Counted from the first letter of the stretch, positions 51,061 to 61,132 are shown. The stretch is 64,000 bases of DNA from Pseudomonadota bacterium (GCA_040384885.1 JAZKIN010000135.1:16070-80069); one strand, 5' to 3'. The notes: generated by a model from the sequence alone, not told the origin. Program-made: numbers and translations.

Positions 51061-51631
51061 TTTGGCACCTTTTAATTGGTGAGTCCATTGGGAAGGCGGT
51101 AGTGGATATCGCTAGCCAACAGATTTATGGCGAACATGTCCCCGTTCGGAAAAGGGGCGCAATCTACCTTGATTGCAAATCAAGTAGTTTCTGAATCAAA
51201 TAATTTTTCGCTGCACAAATTTCGGCAAAAGCGCGCCCACCCCCCGTTGCCGGTGGTCTTGTCGCGTTAGGTAGTGGGCCCGCTCAGGCCGCAGATTGAT
51301 TCGGCAAAGTGTTCTCGAGCGGATTGCCGATTTCGTGCGCCGCTGGCGCCGCGGCATTCGACCGGCGCTTGCCGGTCGAATGCCGTGCAAGGCCGGGTAC
51401 TTTCAATGTGGAAGATGCGGCGGCGACGCGTGCCGGCCCCAGCCCGCGGGTATTGGTGTCGAACGGGGAGGGTGGTGCTGGCGGAGTGCGGTCATGATGG
51501 TTTTGTCCCGTAGGTTTTATTTTTTATGTACAACGGGGCCATAGTCGTCCCGCGAATCCGGCGTGTCAAACCGGCGCGCGCCAGAAACAAAGGCAGCGTA
51601 AAGATAGGTGCGGGGGAGCGGGGAAGGCCAC

Positions 51632-51659
51632 ACGATAATCGTCGCCCCATCTGTGTCAA
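51632..51659 (-). promoter_or_regulatory. Candidate sigma70 promoter facing the GH87 gene
   Basis: Minus strand TTGACA-N16-TATCGT. Confidence 0.35.
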
Positions 51660-52076
51660 CGCAGTCATTTTTGACGGCGTAAGGCCTTGTTCTCTGGCTG
51701 AAACTGCATTTCAAGCCCCATTGCTCGGTATAAAATTCGTAGTTGTCGCCGCGCGGCGCCGAAGGGCGGTAAAGCGACTTACATCACGATTTTTCTTCCA
51801 GCGAACTGAATTGCAGGCCTGCTTTTCGCGGCCGCGCAAGGCCTTTTCGATTCACCATTCCACGCCGTTCCCCTCGCATGATCGAGGCGCTACGCCGCTT
51901 CGGGATCATCCCCGCAACATCACTGTTCGACCGGTTGACCCCGCTCATCGCCGGCCCTGCGCATTCCGCAATCGCGCGATCGCCGCGCTCTCTATGCTGG
52001 TTCACCTGCCCGCGCACGCGGCCGCTGAACGGCCCGTCCTGGCAATGATTTCGCAGCGAAACCATTGGAGACGATC

Positions 52077-54788
52077 ATGTCGGAGAACCGCAGCACCCCC
52101 CAACCCACCGCCCCGGAAATAGCGTCCGAATTGCTCGCGTCGCTGCAAATGCCGCGCCCGCAAGACGCCGCGCCGGCGGCGCGCCCGCAGCCCGCGCAGG
52201 GCATGCCCGTGCCTTCGATGACGGCGCCGCGCGAGGCCGACCCGATGCCGCGTCCGGCCGCCGCGATGGGGGCGGCGGCCGCCGGCGCCCGGCGCAGCGC
52301 ACGGCGCGTGATGGACGGCGCGCTGCCGGTGCTGCGCGCACAGATCGCCAGCGCCAGCCAGATGCCGCCGCCGGCCGACGCGCCGCGCGCGCGCAGCGGC
52401 GCCGCGATTCCGCGCTTTCCAAGCGACGCCAACGCGGCCGGCCCGCGCTACCAGCCGGGCCTGGTCGAAGTCGAATTCCGCGACGGCTTGCTGCCGAGCG
52501 TGACGCACGGCGAGACCGACCTGTGGCCGTCCGTGCGCGCCGGCGCCGCCGCGCTCGACGCCCTCAACGAGGTGCTGCAACGCTACCAGCTGATCAGCGC
52601 CGAACCGAGCTTTGGCGGCATGCCGGCCGAGTGGGGCGCGGCCCAGGCCACTGCCGCCGGGCAGGGCGTCCAACTGCCGCACCTCGGCAATTTCGTGACC
52701 CTGCATTTCCCGAGCGACGCCAATGTGGGCGAGATCGCCGAACTGCTGCGCCAACTGCCCGAGGTCGAACGCGCGGTGCCGCTGCCGACCGTGCGCCCGC
52801 CGTCCGAGCTGTTGGCCGAGGACATGCCGGCGGCCGCGCTGCCGGCCAGCGTGCCGCTGGGCGAGCCGCTGGTCGGCCTTGACGACCAGGCCATCGTCGA
52901 CCCCCTCACCGGCCGCGAGAACCAGTGGTATCTGTTCCGCTGCCGCGCCGACAAGGCGTGGATCCGCGCGACCGGCGCCAACGTGGTCGTGGCCGACGTC
53001 GACTGGGGCTACCGCACCTCGCACCAGGACCTCGCGCCGCACATGGGCCGGACCTACAACGCGGTCGACGGCTCGGCCAATGTGACGACCGGCGGCTCGG
53101 TGTTCCACGGCACCGGCGTGCTCGGCCTGGCCGGCGCCGCCGTCAACGCGCTCGGCCTGGCCGGGGTCGGCTTCGATGTCGAGATGTGGGGCGTGCAGGC
53201 CGACTCCGGCCCCGGCCCCGCGCTCGGCGGCAACCCGTGGGCGCGCGGCATCGACTGGGTGCGCACCACCGACAGCGGCGGCAAGCGCAAGGTGGTCATC
53301 CTCGAAGTCCAGACCGGCGCCTTCGGCAACATCGAACAGGTGCCTTCGGTCAATGCCGCGATCCGGACCGCGATCGCGGCCGGGGTGGTCGTGTGCGTGG
53401 CCGCCGGCAACGGCGACCGTGACGCCGGCATCGACGACAGCGGCAATCCGATCCCGCCGACCGGCTCGATCCTGGTCGGCGCGACCGCGTTCCACACGTC
53501 GACCAATCCGCGCGCCTGGTTCAGCAATTACGGGGCCGAGGTGGTCGTCGCCGCGCCCGGCGACCCCGACCACGACGTGACCTGCGACAGCGGCGCCGAC
53601 AACGCCTACAGCAATTACTTCGGCGGCACCTCGGGCGCCACGCCCAAGGTCGCCGGCACGGTCGCGCTCATGTTGGCGAGTAACCCCGGCCTGAGCCACG
53701 CGCAGATCCGCGCGATGCTGATCGCCACCGGCGGCGCGGTCGCGACCGAGGCCGGCAAGCCGGTCGGGCGCTTCCTCAATGCCGAGGGCGCCGTGCGCGC
53801 GGCCGCCGTTGGCGCCGTCGGCCGCATGGAGGTGTTTGCGCGCGGCACCGACAAGGCGGTCTGGCACCTGTGGCAGACCGCGCCCAACAACGGCTGGAGC
53901 GGCTGGGCCCCGCTCGGCGGCTGGGTCGACCTGATCCGAACCGCGCGCAACGCCGACGGCCGGCTCGAACTGTTCGCGCGCGGCGCCGACCAGGCCGTCT
54001 GGCACATGTGGCAGACCGCGCCCAACAACGGCTGGAGCGGCTGGCATTCGCTCGGCGGCTGGGTCGACCTGCTCGAGGTCGGGCAGAACCAGGACGGCCG
54101 GCTCGAGCTGTTCGCGCGCGGGGCCGACGGCGCGCTCTGGCACAAATGGCAGAGCGCCCCCAACAACGGCTGGAGCGACTGGGCCACGCTGGGCGGCTGG
54201 GTCGACCGGCTCGCCGTCGGCCGCAACCAGGACGGCCGGCTCGAGGTGTTCGCGCGCGGCGGCGACGGCGCGCTGTGGCACAACTGGCAGACCGCGCCCA
54301 ACAACGGCTGGAGCGGCTGGGCCTCGCTCGGCGGCTGGATCGACCGGCTCGAGGTTGGGCGCAACGCCGACGGCCGGCTCGAAGTGTTCGCGCGCGGCGG
54401 CGACGGCGCGCTGTGGCACAACTGGCAATCGTCGCCCAACAACGGGTGGAGCGGCTGGAGTTCGATGGGCGGCTGGGTCGACCTGCTGGCGATCGGCAAC
54501 AACGAGGACGGGCGGCTCGAGGTGTTCGCGCGCGGTTCCGACCGGGCGGTCTGGCACAAGTGGCAGGAAGCGCCGAACGGCGGCTGGAGCGGATGGAATT
54601 CGATGGGCGGCTGGGTCGACCGGCTGGCGCTGAGCCAGAACGCCGACGGCAGGCTCGAACTGTTCGCGCGCGGCGCCGACCAGGCCCTGTGGCACCGCTG
54701 GCAGAGCGCACCCAACAACGGCTGGAGCGGCTGGGCCTCGCTCGGTGGCGTGATCGATTCGATCGAGGTGGCGCAAAACGCGCCGTGA
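52077..54788 (+). CDS. S8 subtilisin-like serine protease fused to a C-terminal PLL-like 7-bladed beta-propeller lectin
   Basis: Triad motifs VADVDWG, FHGTGV and GTSGATPKVAG, oxyanion AAGNG. Seven GRLE.FARG.D..WH.WQ.APNNGWSGW..LGG repeats. GGAG RBS. Confidence 0.9.
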   Translation: MSENRSTPQPTAPEIASELLASLQMPRPQDAAPAARPQPAQGMPVPSMTAPREADPMPRPAAAMGAAAAGARRSARRVMDGALPVLRAQIASASQMPPPADAPRARSGAAIPRFPSDANAAGPRYQPGLVEVEFRDGLLPSVTHGETDLWPSVRAGAAALDALNEVLQRYQLISAEPSFGGMPAEWGAAQATAAGQGVQLPHLGNFVTLHFPSDANVGEIAELLRQLPEVERAVPLPTVRPPSELLAEDMPAAALPASVPLGEPLVGLDDQAIVDPLTGRENQWYLFRCRADKAWIRATGANVVVADVDWGYRTSHQDLAPHMGRTYNAVDGSANVTTGGSVFHGTGVLGLAGAAVNALGLAGVGFDVEMWGVQADSGPGPALGGNPWARGIDWVRTTDSGGKRKVVILEVQTGAFGNIEQVPSVNAAIRTAIAAGVVVCVAAGNGDRDAGIDDSGNPIPPTGSILVGATAFHTSTNPRAWFSNYGAEVVVAAPGDPDHDVTCDSGADNAYSNYFGGTSGATPKVAGTVALMLASNPGLSHAQIRAMLIATGGAVATEAGKPVGRFLNAEGAVRAAAVGAVGRMEVFARGTDKAVWHLWQTAPNNGWSGWAPLGGWVDLIRTARNADGRLELFARGADQAVWHMWQTAPNNGWSGWHSLGGWVDLLEVGQNQDGRLELFARGADGALWHKWQSAPNNGWSDWATLGGWVDRLAVGRNQDGRLEVFARGGDGALWHNWQTAPNNGWSGWASLGGWIDRLEVGRNADGRLEVFARGGDGALWHNWQSSPNNGWSGWSSMGGWVDLLAIGNNEDGRLEVFARGSDRAVWHKWQEAPNGGWSGWNSMGGWVDRLALSQNADGRLELFARGADQALWHRWQSAPNNGWSGWASLGGVIDSIEVAQNAP
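53820..54785 (+). repeat. Seven in-frame 138-bp (46-aa) tandem repeats
   Basis: 7 x 138 bp spans exactly 53820-54785 and ends at the stop codon. Confidence 0.95.
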
Positions 54789-54900
54789 GGCTGTGGCGCA
54801 AGAAAGCGGATCTAATGCGGGTGCCGTTCAGCGTTGCTTTCTTGCGCGCCACAATCAAGTTCGATGCCGAGCACGCGTTAATCGCGCGTGCTTAAAGCGG

Positions 54901-54956
54901 GGCTATCGCCTGAGTAAATCCGCGCCGAAGGCGTCGGCCTGAATGATTAGTTGGAC
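54901..54956 (-). mobile_element. Degenerate integron attC site
   Basis: Minus strand GTCCAAC-TAATCATTCAGGCCGACGCC-TTC-GGCGCGGATTTACTCAGGC-GATAGCC. RYYYAAC is intact, the hairpin has an extrahelical base, and the GTT core is mutated to GAT. Confidence 0.72.
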
Positions 54957-55180
54957 GAAGCCGCTTTAACGAACCCTTCGCCATTGCAACCAGGACAGAC
55001 ATCGTCGACTTCCACTTGTCGCCCGTCTTGAACAGTTGCGTAGCCAATTGTCCCTCGACCCGTGCAACCCGGGCAATTTGTAAAGTGAGATGCCAAGTCA
55101 AGCGGAATCGGTTCGCCCCGTTGTCGCAGTTCCGCGTATCGCCGTTGGCGTATTCGGTTCTTGGTTTCTTCAAACGACAT
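54947..55180 (-). CDS. Small DnaJ-type zinc-finger protein (2x CxxCxGxG)
   Basis: 77 aa with CPGCTGRG and CPGCNGEG. The stop codon lies inside the attC-like site. Confidence 0.7.
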   Translation of the reverse strand: MSFEETKNRIRQRRYAELRQRGEPIPLDLASHFTNCPGCTGRGTIGYATVQDGRQVEVDDVCPGCNGEGFVKAASSN

Positions 55181-55193
55181 GCCTGCCTGTCGC

Positions 55194-55637
55194 TTATCGG
55201 AGCGACCAGACATATTGCATCCGCATCCAAGCCGCCTTGGGAGCATCGTTTTCCCTCGCAGGCTTGAATTGGCATTTAGAGATTCCCTCGACGGCCGCCG
55301 TGTCCAACAGCGGGAATCCGCTTGACTTGACAATGCGCGAGTCCTGCACCGTGCCGTCGGTTCCGATCAGAAATGCCAACGTGACGGTCCCTTGCTGCTC
55401 GTGACGCAATGATGCGCGTGGGTACACGGGCTTGGCGCAAGATTGCTTTGGTTTCGCCAGCGGTTCCTGCGCCGGCGGGGCAGGGGTGGTAGGGACGTCG
55501 GTCGCCTCCGCTTGGTTCGGTGCCTCGGGCGCGTTCTGGGCGGCCGCGAGAGTCGAACCCAGGCCGATGGCCGCGAGTAGTAAAAAGCGTAGCAGCACGG
55601 TTGATTTGGAGTGGAACGTGTCCGGCTGATGGCGCAT
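55194..55637 (-). CDS. TonB C-terminal domain protein (energy transducer TonB-like)
   Basis: N-terminal signal/TM, Pro-rich linker, KPVYP..S...QQGTV, KSSGFPLLD.AA and FKPA motifs. Confidence 0.88.
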   Translation of the reverse strand: MRHQPDTFHSKSTVLLRFLLLAAIGLGSTLAAAQNAPEAPNQAEATDVPTTPAPPAQEPLAKPKQSCAKPVYPRASLRHEQQGTVTLAFLIGTDGTVQDSRIVKSSGFPLLDTAAVEGISKCQFKPARENDAPKAAWMRMQYVWSLR

Positions 55638-55907
55638 ATTTTCCCTTGGTTGATAGATATCTAAATAAGTCTAAGGAACATTCTACATTGAACATCGCCC
55701 GGGTATTTGAACAAAGGCTGCGGGCGCGGGCGAGAACTGTGCGCGTTGGGGGAGTTGATATTTGTATATTACAAGCATGATTGTCGCCGTGCGCCCCCGG
55801 CCGGGCAACCAAAGCAACTACTCACGGGCGTGATCGCGGCCCGCTCGCGGACGCCGGCACGGGCAGGGCGCTTGTATAATGTGACAAGTCCAATCCGCCC
55901 CGCTCAT

Positions 55908-56639
55908 ATGACCAATACCCATTTCGGCTATAAAACCGTGTCCGAGGACGACAAAGTCCACGAAGTCGCGAAAGTGTTCCATTCGGTGGCCGCCAAGTAC
56001 GACGTCATGAACGACCTGATGTCGGCCGGGCTGCACCGCCTCTGGAAAACCTTCACCATCGCCAACGCGGCCGTGCGCCCGGGCTTCAAGGTGCTCGACA
56101 TCGCCGGCGGCACGGGCGACCTGTCGATGGCCTTCGCCAAGCAGGCTGGACCGAGCGGCGAGGTCTGGCACACCGACATCAACGAGTCGATGCTGCGCGT
56201 GGGCCGCGACCGCATGCTCAACGAGGGCCTGGTGCTGCCGACCCTGCTCTGCGACGCCGAAAAACTGCCGTTCCCCGACAATTACTTCGACCGCGTCAGC
56301 GTCGCCTTCGGCCTGCGCAACATGACCCACAAAGACCAGGCGCTGGCCGAGATGCGGCGCGTGCTCAAGCCGGGCGGCAAGCTGCTCGTGCTCGAATTCT
56401 CGAAGGTCGTTTCGGCGCTGCAAAAGCCGTACGATATCTATTCGTTCTCGGTGCTGCCGTGGCTCGGCCAAAAGATCGCCGGCGACGCCGAAAGCTACCG
56501 CTACCTGGCCGAATCGATCCGCATGCATCCCGACCAGGAAACCCTCAAAACCATGATGCAGGACGCGGGCCTCGAGCGGGTGCAGTACTTCAACCTGACG
56601 GCCGGTGTCGCGGCATTGCACACCGGTATCAAACTTTAA
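55908..56639 (+). CDS. ubiE: Ubiquinone/menaquinone biosynthesis C-methyltransferase
   Basis: [35 protein letters not shown] and YLAESI motifs. Confidence 0.98.
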   Translation: MTNTHFGYKTVSEDDKVHEVAKVFHSVAAKYDVMNDLMSAGLHRLWKTFTIANAAVRPGFKVLDIAGGTGDLSMAFAKQAGPSGEVWHTDINESMLRVGRDRMLNEGLVLPTLLCDAEKLPFPDNYFDRVSVAFGLRNMTHKDQALAEMRRVLKPGGKLLVLEFSKVVSALQKPYDIYSFSVLPWLGQKIAGDAESYRYLAESIRMHPDQETLKTMMQDAGLERVQYFNLTAGVAALHTGIKL

Positions 56640-56641
56640 CG

Positions 56642-57505
56642 ATGAAGAACATGAAAAAAACACTGATCAGCTTGCTGCTGGCGCTTAGCGCCGTCTCGAG
56701 CACGTCCGTCAGCGCCGGTTCGCTCAGCGGTGGCCGTTCGATCGGCCTGCAGTCGGCCGCCGTGGCCGCCCAGGTCGACGCCGCGCCCGCCGCGCAGCAA
56801 GAGCAAGCCGCGGTCCCCGCGCCCGCCCAGCCGGCGCCGCCGGCGACCCCCGAAAACGCCGCCAAAGGCATGGCCGGCGGCCTCTTGGCCGGCCTCGGCC
56901 TTGGCGCCGTGTTCGCCTCCATGGGCATCGGCCCCGAAATGGCGAGCCTGCTCGCCACGCTGCTCTTGTTGTCCCTGATCGCGCTCGCCGCGCTGCTCGT
57001 GTATCGCATGGCGCGGCGCAAGAACACCCCCGCCAACGCGCGCTTCGACGCTGCCGCCAAAAAGGCGGCGCCTGCCGCCGCGCCGCCGATCGCCTCAAAA
57101 GTGCCGCCGACGGGCGCCGCGCCGTGGGGCGTGCCCCCGACCTTCGACGCCGACGGCTTCTTGCGCCATGCAAAAGCGTCGTTCATCCGGATGCAGGCGG
57201 CCTGGGACAAGGCCGATGTCGACGACTTGCGTAAATTTACAACGCCCCTGGTGTTCGCCGAACTGAGCCAGCAGATCGTCCAGCGCGGCGCCGTCGGCGA
57301 AGTCACCGACGTGGTCGCGATCGACGCCGAACTGCTCGGCATCGAAACCATGGAAAAAAACTTCCTCGCGAGCGTCAAGTTCACCGGCATGCTGACCTCG
57401 GCCCCGGGCACCGAGCCCGCCCCGTTCGCCGAAGTGTGGAATATGTCGAAGCCGGTCGCCGGCGGCACCGGCTGGGTGCTCGCGGGCATCCAGCAGCTTT
57501 CCTGA
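56642..57505 (+). CDS. Tim44 domain protein
   Basis: Signal peptide, TM segment, FIRMQAAWD, F.EVWNMSKP and WVLAGIQQ motifs, between ubiE and ubiJ. Confidence 0.9.
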   Translation: MKNMKKTLISLLLALSAVSSTSVSAGSLSGGRSIGLQSAAVAAQVDAAPAAQQEQAAVPAPAQPAPPATPENAAKGMAGGLLAGLGLGAVFASMGIGPEMASLLATLLLLSLIALAALLVYRMARRKNTPANARFDAAAKKAAPAAAPPIASKVPPTGAAPWGVPPTFDADGFLRHAKASFIRMQAAWDKADVDDLRKFTTPLVFAELSQQIVQRGAVGEVTDVVAIDAELLGIETMEKNFLASVKFTGMLTSAPGTEPAPFAEVWNMSKPVAGGTGWVLAGIQQLS

Positions 57506-57567
57506 CACTATTTTTGGGGGAAAGTTTCCTCGCTGACGCGAATGTTGCGTTCAAACTGGTAAGATCG

Positions 57568-57605
57568 AAACCGCCCCGCTCCAGCCGGGCGGTTTTGTTT
57601 TTTTA
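57568..57605 (+). terminator. Terminator-like hairpin before ubiJ
   Basis: AAACCGCCC...GGGCGGTTTTGTTTTTTT. Confidence 0.6.
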
Positions 57606-57617
57606 GCGAGTGTCCTC

Positions 57618-58304
57618 ATGCCCACAACAACGCCCTTCACGCCGTTCACGCCGCAGGCGAGCCTGATGGCCCCGGCCGTGGCCGCGATCAACCACCTGCT
57701 CGCGCAGGAGGCGTGGGCGCGCGACGCGTTGGCGCTGCACGCCGGCAAGGAAGCCTGCATCGACGCCGGCAGCGTGGCGCTGCGCCTGCGCGTCACGCGC
57801 GACGGCATGGTCGAGTCGCGCCCGTCGGAGCAGGCCGCCGACGTGACGATCCGGGTCAAGCTGGCCGACCTGCCGCTGATCGCTCAGAACCGCGAGCGCG
57901 CGTTTTCCTACGTCAAGATCGAGGGCGACGCCGAGTTCGCCAACACGATCTCGCAATTGAGCAAGGGCTTGCGCTGGGAGGCCGAGCACGACCTCGAGCC
58001 CTGGATCGGCGCGATCGCGGCCACGCGCCTCGTCGGCGGCGCCAAAAGCGTGCTCGAGACGGCCCGCGGCACCGGGCGCAAGGTCGCCGAGAACCTCGCC
58101 GAATTCTTCCTCGAGGAGGATCCGGTGCTGGTGCGCCCGGCCATGGTCGAGGACTTCGGCAGCGAGGTCGGGCGTTTGCGCGACGACGTCGAACGCGCGG
58201 CCAAGCGCCTGGCCCGGCTCGAACAGCAGTTGGCGCCGCGCCCGAGCGCGCCCGACAACACGACCCGTCCGAACGGGCAAAACACCGGGACCCCTGAACA
58301 ATGA
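57618..58304 (+). CDS. ubiJ: Ubiquinone biosynthesis accessory factor (SCP2 domain)
   Basis: [27 protein letters not shown] and LRDDVER motifs, upstream of ubiB. Confidence 0.9.
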   Translation: MPTTTPFTPFTPQASLMAPAVAAINHLLAQEAWARDALALHAGKEACIDAGSVALRLRVTRDGMVESRPSEQAADVTIRVKLADLPLIAQNRERAFSYVKIEGDAEFANTISQLSKGLRWEAEHDLEPWIGAIAATRLVGGAKSVLETARGTGRKVAENLAEFFLEEDPVLVRPAMVEDFGSEVGRLRDDVERAAKRLARLEQQLAPRPSAPDNTTRPNGQNTGTPEQ

Positions 58305-59872
58305 TCTTGAAATTCGTACGTTTCCTTAAAATCATCCGGGTCGCCGTCAAGTACGGCCTCGACGAAATCGCGATCTCGGGCCTCAAGGTGCCGCGCACGG
58401 CGAAACTGATCGACACCGTCATTTTCTGGCGCGACATCAGCGCCCCGCGCGGCGTGCGCCTGCGCATGGCGCTCGAGGAGCTCGGGCCGATCTTCGTCAA
58501 GTTCGGCCAGGTGCTCTCGACCCGGCGCGACCTGATGCCGATGGACATCGCCGACGAGCTCGCGCGCCTGCAGGACCGGGTGCCGCCGTTCGACTCCGAC
58601 CTCGCGATCGCCCAGATCACCAAGTCGCTGCACGCCCATCCCGACCAGCTGTTCGCCCACTTCGAGCGCACCCCGGTGGCCTCGGCCTCGATCGCGCAGG
58701 TGCACTTCGCCACGCTCAAGAACGGCAAGGAGGTCGCGGTCAAGGTGCTGCGTCCGGGCATGAAGAAGTCGATCGACGAGGACGTCGCGCTGATGCACAT
58801 CGCGGCCGACTGGATCGGCAGCGTCTGGGCCGAGAGCAAGCGGCTCAAGCCGAAGGAGGTCGTGGGCGAGTTCGACAAATACCTGCACGACGAGCTCGAC
58901 CTGATGCGCGAGGCCGCCAACGCGAGCCAGCTGCGGCGCAACTTCGCCGGCTCGAACCTGCTCATGGTGCCCGAGATGTACTGGGACTATTGCTCGAGCA
59001 GCGTGATCGTGATGGAACGCATGCACGGCATTCCCGTGTCCCAGATCGAGCGCCTCGCCGCCGAGGGCATCGACCTCAAGAAGCTCTCGAGCGACGGTGT
59101 CGAGATCTTTTTCACGCAGGTGTTCCGCGACGGCTTCTTCCACGCCGATATGCACCCGGGCAACATCCTGGTGTCGATCGCGCCGGAGACCTTCGGGCGC
59201 TACATCGCGCTCGACTTCGGCATCGTCGGCACCCTCAACGATTTCGACAAAGACTACCTGTCGCAAAATTTCCTCGCGTTCTTCCGGCGCGACTACAAGC
59301 GCGTGGCCGAGGCCCATATCGAGTCTGGCTGGGCCCCGCGCGAGACCCGCGTCGACGAGCTCGAGTCGGCCGTGCGCGCCTGCTGCGAACCGATCTTCGA
59401 CCGTCCGCTCAAGGACATCTCGTTCGGCCAGATTTTGCTGCGCCTGTTCCAGACCTCGCGCCGTTTCAACGTCGAAGTGCAGCCGCAACTGGTGCTGCTG
59501 CAAAAGACACTGCTCAACATCGAAGGCCTCGGGCGCCAGCTCGACCCCGACCTCGACCTGTGGAAGACGGCCAAGCCCTACCTCGAGCGCTGGATGGGCG
59601 AGCAGGTCGGCGTGCAGGGCATGGTCGAGCGGCTCAAGGCCGAGGCGCCGCGCTTCACCCACATCATTCCCCAATTGCCGCGGCTGGTGCACCGCGCGCT
59701 GATGCAGGCGGCCGAGCCGCACACGGCCAACACCGAGCTGCTCAGGGCGCTCGTGCTCGAGCAGCGCCGCACTAACCGCATGCTGGCGCTGTTCGCCTAT
59801 TGCGCGGCGGCCGCCGTAATGGTGGCGGTCGGGGTGTTCGGCTACGAAGCGTATTTACGTATGTATGCCTGA
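58301..59872 (+). CDS. ubiB: Ubiquinone biosynthesis regulatory kinase
   Basis: [34 protein letters not shown] and LDFG motifs. Confidence 0.97.
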   Translation: MILKFVRFLKIIRVAVKYGLDEIAISGLKVPRTAKLIDTVIFWRDISAPRGVRLRMALEELGPIFVKFGQVLSTRRDLMPMDIADELARLQDRVPPFDSDLAIAQITKSLHAHPDQLFAHFERTPVASASIAQVHFATLKNGKEVAVKVLRPGMKKSIDEDVALMHIAADWIGSVWAESKRLKPKEVVGEFDKYLHDELDLMREAANASQLRRNFAGSNLLMVPEMYWDYCSSSVIVMERMHGIPVSQIERLAAEGIDLKKLSSDGVEIFFTQVFRDGFFHADMHPGNILVSIAPETFGRYIALDFGIVGTLNDFDKDYLSQNFLAFFRRDYKRVAEAHIESGWAPRETRVDELESAVRACCEPIFDRPLKDISFGQILLRLFQTSRRFNVEVQPQLVLLQKTLLNIEGLGRQLDPDLDLWKTAKPYLERWMGEQVGVQGMVERLKAEAPRFTHIIPQLPRLVHRALMQAAEPHTANTELLRALVLEQRRTNRMLALFAYCAAAAVMVAVGVFGYEAYLRMYA

Positions 59873-60473
59873 TTTTTCGAGCCGCGATCCGAAGCAGCCC
59901 GGTTTTTGGGACGAGCGCTTCGAGCGCGGCTTCACGCCTTGGGACCGCGGCGGCGTGCCGGCCGCGCTGCGGCGCTTCGCGGCAGGGTCGGAACCGCTCG
60001 CGACGCTGATTCCCGGCTGCGGCGCCGGGTACGAACTCGCGTATTTGAGCGACGCCGGCTGGGACGCGACGGCGATCGATTTTTCGCCGGCCGCGGTCGC
60101 GCGCGCGAAAGCGGCCGTCGGGCCGTGGCACGAACGGGTGCGCGAAGCCGATTTTTTCACCTACCAACCGCCGCAGGCGCTGGCGCTGATCTACGAGCGC
60201 GCCTTCTTGTGCGCCTTGCCGCCGGCCATGTGGCCGCAGGTCGCCGCGCGCTGGGCCCAGTTGCTCGCGCCCGGCGCGCGGCTGGCCGGTTTCTTCTTTT
60301 TCGATGACACGCAGCGCGGCCCGCCGTTCGGCATCGGCGCCGCCCGCCTCGAAGAACTGCTGGCGCCATACTTCGATCGCATCGAGGACGCGCCGGTCGA
60401 CGACTCGGTCGCCGTGTTCGAAGGCAAGGAGCGCTGGCAGGTGTGGCAGCGCAGGCCGGCCGATTACCTATAA
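59865..60473 (+). CDS. Thiopurine/thiol S-methyltransferase-like SAM-dependent methyltransferase
   Basis: [26 protein letters not shown] and GPPFG motifs. Confidence 0.9.
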   Translation: MPDFSSRDPKQPGFWDERFERGFTPWDRGGVPAALRRFAAGSEPLATLIPGCGAGYELAYLSDAGWDATAIDFSPAAVARAKAAVGPWHERVREADFFTYQPPQALALIYERAFLCALPPAMWPQVAARWAQLLAPGARLAGFFFFDDTQRGPPFGIGAARLEELLAPYFDRIEDAPVDDSVAVFEGKERWQVWQRRPADYL

Positions 60474-60537
60474 GTCTGAACGCGGCATACGGGCGTGTGG
60501 GCATCGTTCACGCGCGCTTCGCCTGGTGTACGGCCAA

Positions 60538-60573
60538 TGTCGGGCCGCTGTCGGGTGCCTGTCGTAACCGACA
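60538..60573 (+). promoter_or_regulatory. Phased TGTCG boxes, candidate operator of the XRE gene
   Basis: TGTCG at 60538, 60549 and 60560 (11-bp period), the last paired with CGACA at 60569-60573. Confidence 0.55.
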
Positions 60574-60621
60574 AGGCCCGGACCGATCGATACTCGTGGC
60601 TCACTAGCGTTGAGGTAGAAA

Positions 60622-61089
60622 ATGATTCTTAAACAATTACGTCTGAGCCGCCATCTTTCCCAGGAACAGTTGGCGCAAATGTCCGGTTTGAATGTCAGGA
60701 CCATTCAAAGGATAGAAAGCGGCCATACGGCCAGTGTTGAGTCTCTTAAATGCCTCGCGTCGGTGCTCGAAGTGGATATTCCAACCTTGAACCAGGAGAA
60801 ATTTATGATCGAAAAAGACTCGGCCAATTGGCAAACCCTTCCACTCTGGCTTAAATGCTGGTTTTTCTTTAATTTCCTCGAATTGCGCCCGCGCCGGGGT
60901 GTCGTGAAAAGAATAGAAATTCTTTCCCACCTGACCGGTTTTGTGTTTTGCGTATTGGGCTTTGTCAGCGAGGCCGCGCTTGCCGGCGGCCTGATGATGC
61001 TCGCCACAGCGTATTGGTTTTGTTTGATGGGCTGGCAAGGCGACAAATACGGCATCTGGTACGAGGCAGCGGGCTTGGACCCCGCGTAA
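60622..61089 (+). CDS. XRE-family HTH protein with C-terminal membrane helices
   Basis: LKQLR...SQEQLAQMSGLNVRTIQRIESG HTH plus a hydrophobic C-terminal half. AT-richer DNA. Confidence 0.88.
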   Translation: MILKQLRLSRHLSQEQLAQMSGLNVRTIQRIESGHTASVESLKCLASVLEVDIPTLNQEKFMIEKDSANWQTLPLWLKCWFFFNFLELRPRRGVVKRIEILSHLTGFVFCVLGFVSEAALAGGLMMLATAYWFCLMGWQGDKYGIWYEAAGLDPA

Positions 61090-61132
61090 AACAGCGGATA
61101 GAATACCGGGACGTCATCTGGAAAGTGCTTAC

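Noticed and set aside
51061-51400. c-di-GMP-I riboswitch upstream of the glucanase
   Set aside because: GGCAAA strings occur on the wrong strand, and the GAAA-loop/GACGCAAA pattern is not present.
51526-52122. 198-aa ORF upstream of the protease
   Set aside because: Arg/Pro-rich non-protein-like composition, no RBS, and an out-of-frame overlap with the protease start.
53820-54785. Regular repeats as a possible CRISPR array
   Set aside because: The units are contiguous, in-frame 138-bp coding repeats without unique spacers, and there are no cas genes.
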